DNA of 64,000 nt from NCBI GenBank assembly GCA_034006035.1, contig JAVETN010000012.1:19234-83233 (forward strand), given 5' to 3'. Both the position numbers and the translations under genes were made by a program. This DNA is from Desulforegulaceae bacterium. GTDB taxonomy: Bacteria > Desulfobacterota > Desulfobacteria > Desulfobacterales > JACKCP01. The stretch's first letter is position 1. Each line of letters opens with the position of its first letter. Below the pieces are notes generated by a model. It was not told where the DNA came from and did not search any database. It was given only the letters and a program-made list of their open reading frames with translations. Below are positions 35,170-45,131 of the stretch, piece after piece.

Positions 35170-35636
35170 AGTAAATTTTCTCCAAGACTGTTAATTGGTC
35201 AAAGTTGCCATCCTCCCCCAAGGTCTATTAATTTTTGTTGTAAAATCTGAGAATGAGCTTCTTTTAAAAAAAACTATTTTAGTTTCTTTTTTCCATAGAG
35301 GCAATAAATTAAGCATTTTTGTTTTAGAAAGAAGTTTTATATTTTTAGTTTTACACTGATTTTGCAAGCCAAGAATTTTATTTTATGCAGATCTGCAACA
35401 ACCTGAAAATTGGCTAAGTTTTTCCAGATTAAAATGTTTTGGTTTAAGCTGAAATTTATCTACTTTAGATTTTATATTGTAAAACTTGGTTCATGAAAAA
35501 GTCAATGGGAATAAGAGCAGGCAGGCATTGTACTTTCAACATTCATAACTAATTTGAAGGATTGAGTTTTGGCAAGGCGGGTTTGTTCAATAAAATTTAT
35601 AGAAAACAGCGTGGATAAATATTTTACCATTTACAC

Positions 35637-37088
35637 TTGATAACTGTTAACCTTGCTGATATTCATAAAAAAATTTTAAAATCTGTAATGGAGGTTGTTG
35701 TGGCAAGAAAAAAAATAGGTAATAAAACAAGCAGTGGCTTTAAAAAAATTTGGTTGTTTCTGCTGTTTTTAATATTGATATCTTTTATTGTTTTTGCACT
35801 TATTTTCTGGTTTGAAGGAAAAAAGCCAAAAGCTTCGTTAGATGAAGTTCCAACTTCAATAGGCAGCAACACCCAAATTTCAATACCTATAAGTGAAAAG
35901 GGAAGGGGACTCAAAGAAATTCGTCTTTATCTGAGTTCAGGTGAAAGGGAAATTCTTTTAGAAGAAAAGACTTTTGAAACAAAAAGTTTTATGCTGGGTA
36001 CAGGAGTTGAATCCTATGAAATTTCATTAAAGTTTAATCCAAGAGAGCTGGGACTTCCTGACAGTATGGCAACTTTAAAGCTTCTTGTCAGAGACTCTTC
36101 GCTTCGTTCTTTTTTTAAGGGAAATAAACTATACCTTCAAAAAGATGTGATGATTGACACAACTCCGCCAAATATTTCTGTTTTGTCAAGACAGCACTAT
36201 ATAACTCCTGGAGGAGCTGGGCTTGTTTGCTACAAGGTTTCAGAGCTTGATTCAAGAGACGGGGTAATGGTTGGGGATGAGTTCTTTCCTGGATACTCAG
36301 GGTTTATAAAAGATCCCCACTATAAAATAGCTTTTTTTGCCCTTGATCACAAAACTGAGAATAATAAGCCTTTATATATAATTGCAGTTGACAGGGCAGG
36401 GAATGAAAAAAAAGCAGGCTTTCCTTATTATATAAGAAAGGCATGGTTTAAAGAAGACAAGATAGATATTACAGACAATTTTCTTCAATGGAAAATGCCT
36501 GAATTTAATGTTCCTGTTGAAGATCCTTCCGATCTTTTAAAAAAGTTTCTTTATATTAATAATGAGTACAGAGAAAAAAATTCCAGGGAAGTTACCAAGG
36601 TTGCTGAAAATAGTGTAAATAAAAAATTGTGGGAAGATAGGTTTCTCCAGATGAGGGGTTCTGCAAATAGAGCGGGTTTTGCAGATCATAGAAAATATTA
36701 TTATAATGATAAAATAATTGACGATTCCTACCACATGGGAATAGACCTTGCTTCTGTAGCCAATGCCGATGTTCCTGCTGCAAACACTGGGATAATTGCT
36801 GATGTCAAGTCCATTGGAATCTTTGGGCTTACCATTACAATTGATCATGGTTTCGGTCTTTTCAGTATCTACTCTCATCTAAGTCAGGCTGACGTTAAAA
36901 AAGGCGATCATGTTGAAAAAGGTCAGGTTATTGGAAAGACAGGCACCACAGGAATGGCTGTTGGAGATCATCTTCATTTTGGAATGTTTATAAACAATAG
37001 ATTTGTTAACCCAATAGAATGGCTTGATCCAAACTGGATAAAAAACAATATTACATCAAAACTTGATCTGCTTTTGACCTATCAATAG
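35637..37088 (+). CDS. Membrane-anchored M23-family metallopeptidase
   Basis: N-terminal TM IWLFLLFLILISFIVFALIFWF and a C-terminal LytM domain (YHMGIDLAS ... GDHLHFG). The start is uncertain: TTG 35637 or ATG 35688. Confidence 0.82.
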   Translation: MITVNLADIHKKILKSVMEVVVARKKIGNKTSSGFKKIWLFLLFLILISFIVFALIFWFEGKKPKASLDEVPTSIGSNTQISIPISEKGRGLKEIRLYLSSGEREILLEEKTFETKSFMLGTGVESYEISLKFNPRELGLPDSMATLKLLVRDSSLRSFFKGNKLYLQKDVMIDTTPPNISVLSRQHYITPGGAGLVCYKVSELDSRDGVMVGDEFFPGYSGFIKDPHYKIAFFALDHKTENNKPLYIIAVDRAGNEKKAGFPYYIRKAWFKEDKIDITDNFLQWKMPEFNVPVEDPSDLLKKFLYINNEYREKNSREVTKVAENSVNKKLWEDRFLQMRGSANRAGFADHRKYYYNDKIIDDSYHMGIDLASVANADVPAANTGIIADVKSIGIFGLTITIDHGFGLFSIYSHLSQADVKKGDHVEKGQVIGKTGTTGMAVGDHLHFGMFINNRFVNPIEWLDPNWIKNNITSKLDLLLTYQ

Positions 37089-37139
37089 TCATTACCAAGA
37101 CCCTGTTTTGTTGTTTTACCAAATAAATTTGAGGTAACC

Positions 37140-38315
37140 ATGACTGATTTTAAAGTAAAAAAAACCTATAAAGAAATAAATGACAAGATTAAATCTGGGC
37201 AGGCTGTTGTTGTAACTGCTGAGGAAATGATTGGTATTGTCGAAGAAGAAGGAGAAATCGAGGCTGCAAAAAGAGTTGATGTGGTCACTACAGGAACTTT
37301 TGCTCCCATGTGTTCTTCAGGGCTTATGATAAACACAGGACAGGCAGATTTACCCATTAAAGTATCAAAGGCAAGTTTTAATAAAGTGGCAGCATACGCA
37401 GGTGTGGCAGCAGTAGACTGTTATCTTGGTGCAACAGAGCCTTCAGAGGAAGATCCTTTAAACAAAGTGTGGCCGGGAAGTTTTAGTTATGGGGGAGGTC
37501 ATGTTATTGAAGATCTCGTCAATGGTAAAACCGTTAAAATGTGTTGCTCGGGATATGGCACAGATTGTTATCCTAATAAAAGTTTTATAAAGGAAGTAAC
37601 TTTGGCGGATTTGCCCTATGCTCTTTTATGCAACCCAAGAAATGCCTATCAAAATTATAATTGTGCTGTAAATGTTTCAAATAAGACAATTTATACTTAT
37701 ATGGGAACCTTAAGGCCCAAGCTTGGAAATGCAAATTATTGTTCTGCAGGGCAGCTCAGTCCTCTTTTAAATGATCCTTATTTAAGAACAATAGGAATTG
37801 GAACAAGAATTTTTCTTGGGGGAGGAGTAGGCTATGTTTCCTGGCAGGGAACTCAAAGCAAAATTGAAACTTCTAGAAAAGAAAACGGGGTTCCCGATGT
37901 TCCTTCAGCAACTCTTTTTGTTATTGGCGATCTCAAGCAGATGTCTGGAAGTTTTTTAAGAGGTGTAAGCATAAGAGGTTATGGATGTTCTCTTTCCGTA
38001 GGCCTTGGAATTCCTATCCCTGTTTTAAATGAGGAAATGGCCCGGTTTACATCAGTTAAGGATGAAGATATTTATACTCAGGTAGTTGATTATTCATATG
38101 ATTATCCCAATGCAACCGGAAAAATTATAAAAAAAGTAAATTATGGAGAACTTAAAAGCGGTGAAATAGAGATTAACGGAAGAAAAGTACCTTCAGTTCC
38201 ACTTTCCAGCATGGTAAAAGCCAGGGAAATTGCTGATATTTTAAAAAAACAAATAAGCGATGGAAAATTCCTGCTTGGAGAACCTCAGTTTTCTGCAGGG
38301 GACAAACTTTATTAA
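37140..38315 (+). CDS. COG1900/DUF39 homocysteine biosynthesis protein
   Basis: The N-terminus KTYKEINDKIKSGQAVVVTAEEM... and length (391 aa) match my recollection of the MA1821-type family. This call has less motif support than the others. Confidence 0.65.
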   Translation: MTDFKVKKTYKEINDKIKSGQAVVVTAEEMIGIVEEEGEIEAAKRVDVVTTGTFAPMCSSGLMINTGQADLPIKVSKASFNKVAAYAGVAAVDCYLGATEPSEEDPLNKVWPGSFSYGGGHVIEDLVNGKTVKMCCSGYGTDCYPNKSFIKEVTLADLPYALLCNPRNAYQNYNCAVNVSNKTIYTYMGTLRPKLGNANYCSAGQLSPLLNDPYLRTIGIGTRIFLGGGVGYVSWQGTQSKIETSRKENGVPDVPSATLFVIGDLKQMSGSFLRGVSIRGYGCSLSVGLGIPIPVLNEEMARFTSVKDEDIYTQVVDYSYDYPNATGKIIKKVNYGELKSGEIEINGRKVPSVPLSSMVKAREIADILKKQISDGKFLLGEPQFSAGDKLY

Positions 38316-38330
38316 CCCCAGGATACTTAA

Positions 38331-38963
38331 ATGAACGAAAATATAAAAGAAAAGAAAAAAAAGGGTGTATTGCGTGAAAATATTGAAGCAATAGTCTTTG
38401 CCCTTATACTTGCCCTTATAATAAGGGCTTTTGTTGTTCAGGCCTATAAAATTCCTTCAGGGTCAATGCTTGACACTCTTTTTATCGGTGATCATATTCT
38501 TGTAAATAAATTTGTTTATGGTGTGAGAATGCCTTTTACAAACAAGACAATTTTCCCTGTTTCAAAGCCTAAAAGAGGTGATATTGTTGTTTTTAAAGCT
38601 CCGGTTGATCCTCCAAAGGATTTTATAAAAAGGGTGATAGGTCTTCCAGGAGAAAAAATTGAGTTAAGAAATAAGCAGCTTTATATAAATAACAAAAAAT
38701 ACACTGATGAAGCTTATGCAAAAAATGAAGATTCCAAAATTTATAAAGGCTTTTTTAACCCTAGAGATAACTTTGGGCCGATTACAGTACCTGAAAACTC
38801 TTATTTTATGATGGGGGATAACAGGGACAATTCAACTGACAGCAGGTTTCTTGGCAGTATTGAATATGAAAGGCTTAAGGGGCAGGCTTTTATAATATAC
38901 TGGTCTTGGAAAAAAGAGGATTTTGGGGTTAGGTGGTCAAGGCTTGGTAAAATTTTAAGATAA
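38331..38963 (+). CDS. lepB: Signal peptidase I
   Basis: Catalytic Ser box PSGSMLDTL, Lys box KRVIGLPGE, and GDNRDNSTDSR. Confidence 0.92.
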   Translation: MNENIKEKKKKGVLRENIEAIVFALILALIIRAFVVQAYKIPSGSMLDTLFIGDHILVNKFVYGVRMPFTNKTIFPVSKPKRGDIVVFKAPVDPPKDFIKRVIGLPGEKIELRNKQLYINNKKYTDEAYAKNEDSKIYKGFFNPRDNFGPITVPENSYFMMGDNRDNSTDSRFLGSIEYERLKGQAFIIYWSWKKEDFGVRWSRLGKILR

Positions 38964-39135
38964 CGAGTATTGTTATCTATTGGTAATTCACCGAAAACAA
39001 AGGCTTTCTTAAGTTAAATTGAAAGGTTTAATCTTTTAAGGGCATTGCTAAGTTTTAAAGATTAAATTTGAATCTGGCTTTAGAATTGTAAAAAGACAGT
39101 TTTAGTTTCTCTAATTATTAAAATATTAAACTTTA

Positions 39136-40095
39136 TTGAGAGCATTGCCGGAGATGGAATTTAAAAAAAAAAACATCCTTGATATCAACTCATTATCAGC
39201 TGAAGAGATTAAAATAATTCTTGATACAGCAGACTCCATGAAGGAGATAAACGAAAGGCCAGTTAAAAAAGTCCCTGCTTTGAGGGGAAAAACAATAGTA
39301 CTTTTTTTTCAAGAGCCAAGTACAAGAACAAAGCTTTCCTTTGAGCTGGCGGCGAAAAGACTGAGTGCCGACTCGGTTTCCCTTGCTGTCTCAACAAGTT
39401 CAATGAAAAAGGGGGAAACACTTTTAGACACTGCAAGAACAATTGAATCCATGAGCCCTGATGTTCTTGTTATCAGGCATTCAATGTCAGGAGCATCTCA
39501 TTTTTTATCAAAATTTTTAAAATGTTCAATTTTAAATGCTGGTGATGGAAAACATGCCCATCCAAGTCAGGCTCTTCTTGATATTATGACAATAAGAGAA
39601 AAAAAGAAAACAATTACAGGCCAAAATATAGCAATTATTGGAGATATTGCCAATTCAAGGGTGGCAAGATCAAATATGAGAGGTCTTGTCAAGCTTGGAA
39701 ATAATGTAAGGATTTTTGGCCCGCCTTCAATGATCCCTTTTAAGCTTGAAGAAGAGTTTGGTGTAAAAGTTTTTAAAACAATGGAGGAAGCCATAACAGA
39801 TGTAGATGCAATAATAATGCTTAGAATCCAAAAGGAAAGGCAGGGGGCAAATCTGTTTTCAAGTGAAAGGGAATATTCAAGGCTTTTTGGCCTTAACAGC
39901 CAAATCATTAAGGCAGCAAAAAAAGATGTGATAATAATGCACCCAGGCCCTGTAAACAGAGGAGTGGAAATTACTCCAGAGCTGGCAGACAGTGAAATTT
40001 CAGTTATAAACGACCAGGTTAAAAACGGTGTTGCCCTTAGAATGGCCTTGTTTTATCTGGTATCCGGAGGTTTAAGAGATGAGAGTTCTGATTAA
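39136..40095 (+). CDS. pyrB: Aspartate carbamoyltransferase catalytic subunit
   Basis: STRTKLSFELAAKRL, HPSQALLD and HPGP motifs. The start is uncertain: TTG 39136 or ATG 39154. Confidence 0.9.
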   Translation: MRALPEMEFKKKNILDINSLSAEEIKIILDTADSMKEINERPVKKVPALRGKTIVLFFQEPSTRTKLSFELAAKRLSADSVSLAVSTSSMKKGETLLDTARTIESMSPDVLVIRHSMSGASHFLSKFLKCSILNAGDGKHAHPSQALLDIMTIREKKKTITGQNIAIIGDIANSRVARSNMRGLVKLGNNVRIFGPPSMIPFKLEEEFGVKVFKTMEEAITDVDAIIMLRIQKERQGANLFSSEREYSRLFGLNSQIIKAAKKDVIIMHPGPVNRGVEITPELADSEISVINDQVKNGVALRMALFYLVSGGLRDESSD

Positions 40096-41347
40096 AAATG
40101 GCACCTGTATTCTTTTTAATAAAGGTGAGACAAAAACAAATGTTTATATAGAAGATGGAGTAATCAAAGAAATTTCAGACTCTGTAAAAGATGCCGATAA
40201 AGTTATTGATGCAGACGGAATGTATGTTTTTCCAGGGCTTATAGATATTCATGTTCATTTAAGAGAGCCGGGCCATGAATATAAAGAAACAATAGAATCA
40301 GGAGCAAAAGCCGCAGCAAAAGGTGGGTTTACAGATATCTGCTGTATGCCCAATACTGATCCTGTAAATGACAGTCCAGGAGTCACTTCCTTTATAATTG
40401 AAAAAGCTCATAAAGCCGGTTTTTCAAATGTTCATCCAGTTGCTTCCCTTACAAAATCTCTCAAAGGGGAAGAAATCTGTGATTACGGAGAACTTAAGGA
40501 AACAGGAGCAATAGCGCTTTCAGACGATGGAATGCCAGTAAGCGATTCAGGAGTTATGAGAAGGGCTATTGAGTATGCAAAAGCATTTGATCTCCCTGTT
40601 ATCTGTCATAGTGAAGAGCTTTCACTTTCAAAAAATGGAGCAATGAATGAAGGCATTGTATCCACAAGGCTTGGCCTTTCAGGTATTCCAGACAGTGCTG
40701 AAAGCCTTGGAGTAAAACGTGATATTGAAGTAGCTGCTTTTGTTAACTATCCTGTTCATATTGCCCATGTAAGTGCAGAAAAAACAATTGAAATAATAAG
40801 AAATGCAAAAAATAAAAATATAAGGGTAACTGCAGAAACTGCACCCCATTATTTTATACTCACAGAAGATGCTGTTAAGGAGTTTGATGCATACGCAAAA
40901 ATGAATCCTCCTTTAAGAACTGAAAAAGACAGGCTCGCTGTTATAGCAGGATTAAAAGATGGTACAATTGATTTGATTGCAACTGATCATGCACCCCATT
41001 CTGATGAGGAAAAAATTGTTCCTTTTGAAGAAGCAGCTTTTGGAATAACAGGACTTGAAACTTCACTTGCATTAAGCCTTGAACTGGTTTTTTCAGGTGT
41101 TCTTACAATGGAAGAGCTTTCAGATAAAATGAGCATTAATCCTGGCAAGGTTGTTGGAATTAATAATTCTATTTTTGAAGGAAATAAGGCAAACCTTACA
41201 ATAATCAACCCTGATTTTGAGTGGACTATAACAAGAGAGGGTTTTGTATCAAAAAGCAAAAATTCACCTTTTACAGGAAGAAAGGTAAAAGGGATCTGTG
41301 AGTATACAATTATAGAAGGAAAAATTATCTGGAGTAGAACCAATTGA
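40079..41347 (+). CDS. pyrC: Dihydroorotase
   Basis: DIHVHLREPG metal site and ATDHAPH. It overlaps pyrB by 17 nt. Confidence 0.9.
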   Translation: MRVLIKNGTCILFNKGETKTNVYIEDGVIKEISDSVKDADKVIDADGMYVFPGLIDIHVHLREPGHEYKETIESGAKAAAKGGFTDICCMPNTDPVNDSPGVTSFIIEKAHKAGFSNVHPVASLTKSLKGEEICDYGELKETGAIALSDDGMPVSDSGVMRRAIEYAKAFDLPVICHSEELSLSKNGAMNEGIVSTRLGLSGIPDSAESLGVKRDIEVAAFVNYPVHIAHVSAEKTIEIIRNAKNKNIRVTAETAPHYFILTEDAVKEFDAYAKMNPPLRTEKDRLAVIAGLKDGTIDLIATDHAPHSDEEKIVPFEEAAFGITGLETSLALSLELVFSGVLTMEELSDKMSINPGKVVGINNSIFEGNKANLTIINPDFEWTITREGFVSKSKNSPFTGRKVKGICEYTIIEGKIIWSRTN

Positions 41348-42777
41348 TTAACTTGTCTGATACACCAAAAAAAATTCTTATAGCTGACGACGAGCAGGGC
41401 ATAAGAGAGTTTCTTGAAATAATTCTTTCAAGACAAAATTATGAGGTAGAAACCGCAGACAGCGGTATAAATGCTATTCAGGCAATTGACAGTTTTGATT
41501 TTGATCTTGTTTTATGTGACATAAGGCTTGGTGATATAAGCGGAATTGAAGTTTTAAAACATGTAAGAAAAAAAAATTCTGATATTACAGTTATAATGAT
41601 GTCTGCATATGCAACAACTGAAAATGCAGTTGAAGCAATGAACAATGGTGCATACGATTACCTTCCCAAACCTTTTGATAATGATGACCTTTTAAGTGCT
41701 CTTTCAAGGGCTCTTGAAATGAGATCTGTGGAAAATGACAGGGAGGATATCAAGAAAACATTAAAGCAGAATATTCATTTTAACAGGATTGTAGGTTCTA
41801 GCTTTAAAATGGCGGAGATCTACAATAAAATTGAACAAGTAGCACCTACAAAAACCAATATAATGATAACAGGTGAGTCGGGTACAGGTAAGGAGCTTGT
41901 TGCAAGGGCTGTTCACGAGCAAAGTGACAGGGAAGATTTTCCTTTTGTGGTTGTTAATTGCGGGGGAATTCCTGAAAATTTAATGGAAAGTGAGTTTTTT
42001 GGTTATGTAAAAGGAGCTTTTACAGGAGCTGAAAAAGATAAAAAAGGTCTTTTTGCAGCTGCTCATAAAGGAACTCTTTTTCTTGATGAAATTTCTGAAC
42101 TGCCAATAACACTTCAAGTAAAGCTTTTAAGAGCTGTTCAGGAAAGAAAAATAAAACCTGTGGGCGGAAATATTGAGTTTAATATTGATGTGAGAATAGT
42201 TTGTGCAACAAATAGAAATCTTGAAAAAGAGGTGATAGAGGGGCGATTCAGGGAAGATCTTTTTTATCGTCTCAATGTGATAGAACTTAAAATCCCTCCT
42301 TTAAGAGAAAGAAAGGAAGATATAAAAACCCTTGCCGAGCATTTCATGGATAAGTATGCAAAGGAAACAGGGAAAACAATTTTAAAACTTTCATCCTATG
42401 CCCTTGATCTTCTTAAAAAATACGATTTCCCGGGAAATGTTAGAGAGCTTGAAAATATAATTGAACGAAGCGTTGCCCTTTCATCAACAAACATTATTCT
42501 TCCTGAAAGTCTTTCCCTTTCATTCCATAAAAGGGAAATCTCAAAAAAATATAAAAATTTTGACCAAAAAATCAGTGGATTTTCCAGTGGCTTTTGTCTT
42601 GATCTCAACTCGATTGAGGCTGGAGTAGATCTGGATGGAATATTAGCTGAAACTGAAAAAAACTATCTTTTAAAAGCCCTTGAAATTACCAAAGGAGCCA
42701 AGAAAAAAGCTGCTGAGCTTTTAAATATTTCTTTCAGATCTTTCAGATACAGGCTCAAAAAACTCGATATAGAGTAA
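41344..42777 (+). CDS. Sigma-54-dependent response regulator (NtrC family: REC + AAA+ + Fis-type HTH)
   Basis: Receiver ILIADDE...DLVLCDIRL, Walker A GESGTGKE, GAFTGA loop, and C-terminal AAELLNISFRSFRYRLKK. The TTG start overlaps the pyrC TGA (TTGA). Confidence 0.88.
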   Translation: MINLSDTPKKILIADDEQGIREFLEIILSRQNYEVETADSGINAIQAIDSFDFDLVLCDIRLGDISGIEVLKHVRKKNSDITVIMMSAYATTENAVEAMNNGAYDYLPKPFDNDDLLSALSRALEMRSVENDREDIKKTLKQNIHFNRIVGSSFKMAEIYNKIEQVAPTKTNIMITGESGTGKELVARAVHEQSDREDFPFVVVNCGGIPENLMESEFFGYVKGAFTGAEKDKKGLFAAAHKGTLFLDEISELPITLQVKLLRAVQERKIKPVGGNIEFNIDVRIVCATNRNLEKEVIEGRFREDLFYRLNVIELKIPPLRERKEDIKTLAEHFMDKYAKETGKTILKLSSYALDLLKKYDFPGNVRELENIIERSVALSSTNIILPESLSLSFHKREISKKYKNFDQKISGFSSGFCLDLNSIEAGVDLDGILAETEKNYLLKALEITKGAKKKAAELLNISFRSFRYRLKKLDIE

Positions 42778-43040
42778 AGTTATTTAGATATGGATCTAAG
42801 ATGGATTTTATTGAATACTCACAATTAATGCATAATGCTTTTTTAAGTTTTGATTCGGCCGGGCCTTGAGTTACAAAAAGGTTAGTTAAAAAACCATAAG
42901 ATTTGAAAATTTTAAATTTTTGAACACGTAATGGAGCTGAATATTTTCTGGGCTAAAAAAGCCTGACCCATATATTATCTTTTAGAAAAACTGATATATT
43001 AAACTTAGGTTTGGTAAAAAATTTCTTTAAGATAATAAAC

Positions 43041-43874
43041 TTACTCTCGCAAAATTTCTTCATTCCTGATTTGAATTAAGGGAATAGAATAACCGATTGA
43101 TTTTCTGCTGTACTGACCGTTTTCTTTAAAAAAAGAAGTTACAGTCCAATGTTGCCATTCTTCTTTGTTGTTTATCAAAACCCTTATTCTGCTTTCAATA
43201 AGATTGATTTCTTTATTATCAAGTTTTTTAAAAAGCTTATCAACTCTTGATCTATCTTTTTTAGAAATGGGTAATTTGTATTTGGTTTTTAAAATTGATT
43301 CTTTATTTAAAGCAAATTTTTCAAGAAAAAAGTCATTTGCAAAATCCAAATAACCTTCGGAATCATAAGATAAAATATACTTTTTGTTAGATTGATCAAT
43401 TTCAGATTCGCCAGACATTTCTTCTTTAAGAGATACCACTGAATTAGCGATACATTTCTGTAAAAGGTCAAGCTTTGTAATAAAGTTTTCAGATTCAATA
43501 AAAATATTTTTTATTGGAATTTTATTTATTGAAACAAATTTTTCCAAAGAAAGGCTTAAAAAAATATCTAAAAAAAAATTTATATCATTGAGTTTATAAA
43601 TACTGTTTTCTAAAAAATCTTTTAAATAAGCGTTGTTAAGATCTGAAATGTCGGTCACTATTTTTTTTTCACCGATACCGAAAAAAAGCCAGGTTGGAGA
43701 AATGTTTGCTGCCTTGCAAAGCTGTATAAGTTTGGCAGCTCCAGGGAACTGACCTTTTTTCCATCTGCTTTGAATTACAGCTGTTGACCCTAATTTATCA
43801 TTCCAGAACGACAGAGGGTAATCATCAATAACTTCGTATAATCTATTAAAAAAAGCATCATATTTTATATTCAT
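43041..43874 (-). CDS. CI-repressor-type HTH protein with C-terminal PAS-like domain
   Basis: N-terminal LGSTAVIQSRWKKGQFPGAAKLIQLCKAANISPTWLFFGIGEKK resembles the phage CI HTH domain. The C-terminal ~110 aa (ILSYDSEGYLDFANDFFLEKF...WQHWTVTSFFKENG) has a PAS-like pattern. The gene is extremely AT-rich. Confidence 0.55.
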   Translation of the reverse strand: MNIKYDAFFNRLYEVIDDYPLSFWNDKLGSTAVIQSRWKKGQFPGAAKLIQLCKAANISPTWLFFGIGEKKIVTDISDLNNAYLKDFLENSIYKLNDINFFLDIFLSLSLEKFVSINKIPIKNIFIESENFITKLDLLQKCIANSVVSLKEEMSGESEIDQSNKKYILSYDSEGYLDFANDFFLEKFALNKESILKTKYKLPISKKDRSRVDKLFKKLDNKEINLIESRIRVLINNKEEWQHWTVTSFFKENGQYSRKSIGYSIPLIQIRNEEILRE

Positions 43875-44003
43875 TAATATATTTCTTTCTTAAAAGTTTA
43901 AATTTTTTTACATCAAAAACAAGAAATTTAACATCAAAATTTTTATTTCAATAGTAAATACATCCCATAATAGTAATTTGAAGTTTACTTTTGTAAAAAA
44001 TTA

Positions 44004-44032
44004 TTGACTATTGTAAAATCTAAGTTTATAAA
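44004..44032 (+). promoter_or_regulatory. Candidate sigma-70 promoter (TTGACT-17 nt-TATAAA)
   Basis: -35 at 44004-44009 and -10 at 44027-44032, 47 nt upstream of the lipoprotein ATG. In AT-rich sequence such matches are common. Confidence 0.35.
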
Positions 44033-44078
44033 AAGCAAAATTTTATTTAACAAATTATATTTTTAGAGGATTAAAAAA

Positions 44079-44822
44079 ATGAGGAAAATTAAACTGGGCA
44101 GCATGCTTTTTGTTTTTATGGTGTTTATAACTGGTTGTGCAACAAACTACACACCTCTTGATTTAAACTATGTTTCAACAAAAAGCCTTGAAAAAAAAGA
44201 CGTGAAAGTTGCACTTATAAAGCCAAGTTATTCTCTATCTCAGCAGGCTTTACAGGCAATGTCAGCATCACCTTACTCTGGAATGATGGAAAGCATGATG
44301 CCACCAGACTACAAGATAAGAAATAAATATAACAATAATTATGTTATTAATTTAAGAAACGCCATGCAAACTTCAATGGAAAGTATACTTCTTGGCAAAG
44401 GCTTTAATGTTATAAGGACTTTTGACTCTCAAGATGAAGTTTCATATTCATACAAAAAAGAAATTGATTTGCTTGTTGAGCCAGAATTTGACTTTGCACC
44501 TGTCATCAGAAATAAAAGGACAATAGTTCCGGTAATAGGGCCAATGGATAAAGGAACAATCCAAATGAGCGGAAAAATTAAAATTGTTTTTACAGAACCA
44601 ATGTCAAGAGAAACTATTTTAATAAAAAATATTGATATCACTTCAGTAGGATTTGAAAGTTCTATTGAATACTCTGATGTAGCAGAAGCAGAAAATGACC
44701 TTGTTGTAATGCTAAATCAGATGTACCCAAAACTTATGGATAAAATTGAAAGCGTAATTCATGTTGACGAAGTTATGAATTCTCTTAGCGATATCGATCG
44801 ACTTAAAGAAAAAGAGCTCTAA
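44079..44822 (+). CDS. Lipoprotein of unknown function
   Basis: Signal peptide with lipobox FITGC, AGGA-type RBS, and 247 aa with no recognised domain. Confidence 0.65.
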   Translation: MRKIKLGSMLFVFMVFITGCATNYTPLDLNYVSTKSLEKKDVKVALIKPSYSLSQQALQAMSASPYSGMMESMMPPDYKIRNKYNNNYVINLRNAMQTSMESILLGKGFNVIRTFDSQDEVSYSYKKEIDLLVEPEFDFAPVIRNKRTIVPVIGPMDKGTIQMSGKIKIVFTEPMSRETILIKNIDITSVGFESSIEYSDVAEAENDLVVMLNQMYPKLMDKIESVIHVDEVMNSLSDIDRLKEKEL

Positions 44823-44843
44823 CTTTCAGACACCTGTAAATTT

Positions 44844-44877
44844 ATCAAACTCTCTGCTTATTTACAGAGAGTTTGAT
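44844..44877 (+). terminator. Rho-independent terminator of the lipoprotein gene
   Basis: ATCAAACTCTCTG-(8 nt)-CAGAGAGTTTGAT, a perfect 13-bp stem followed by ATTTT. Confidence 0.7.
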
Positions 44878-44945
44878 ATTTTAAAAAATCTAAAAAGAAA
44901 GTTCAGGAAAAGTAATGAATACAAAAAGTTAAGAATTTTCTTTGT

Positions 44946-45131
44946 TTGATAGGAGTAGTTGCTTTTCTGCTGTCAGCTTGCAGGAATGAAGCTTTATCAG
45001 AAAAAGAAATTAAAAATTTGTATCAGCAAGAGATTTTATCAAATGATATTTTAAAAACTAAATTAAAATTAGAATTCAAAGAATTAGACAACGGCTGGAA
45101 ATTAGTTAAAGCATATAATAATAAATCTTAA
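44946..45131 (+). CDS. Possible small lipoprotein (doubtful)
   Basis: 61-aa ORF with a TTG start and a lipobox-like LLSAC. There is no RBS, and it sits in a decayed region. Confidence 0.25.
   Translation: MIGVVAFLLSACRNEALSEKEIKNLYQQEILSNDILKTKLKLEFKELDNGWKLVKAYNNKS

Noticed and set aside
35386-35397. 12-bp perfect palindrome TGCAGATCTGCA in the kdsA / M23 divergent intergenic region.
   Set aside because: Roughly a dozen 12-bp perfect palindromes are expected by chance in 64 kb. It has no flanking conservation or second copy.
35570-35585. TGGCAAGGCGGGTTTG, a sigma-54 promoter-like sequence upstream of the M23 peptidase gene.
   Set aside because: It fails the GG-N10-GC rule. The -12 element reads GTTT/TTTG rather than TTGC at the required spacing.
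39027-39066. Imperfect inverted repeat TTTAATCTTT...AAAGATTAAA between lepB and pyrB, considered as a PyrR-type attenuator.
   Set aside because: The stem is entirely A/T with a mismatch. No PyrR binding-loop consensus (ARUCCAGAGAGG) is present. At best it is a weak lepB terminator.
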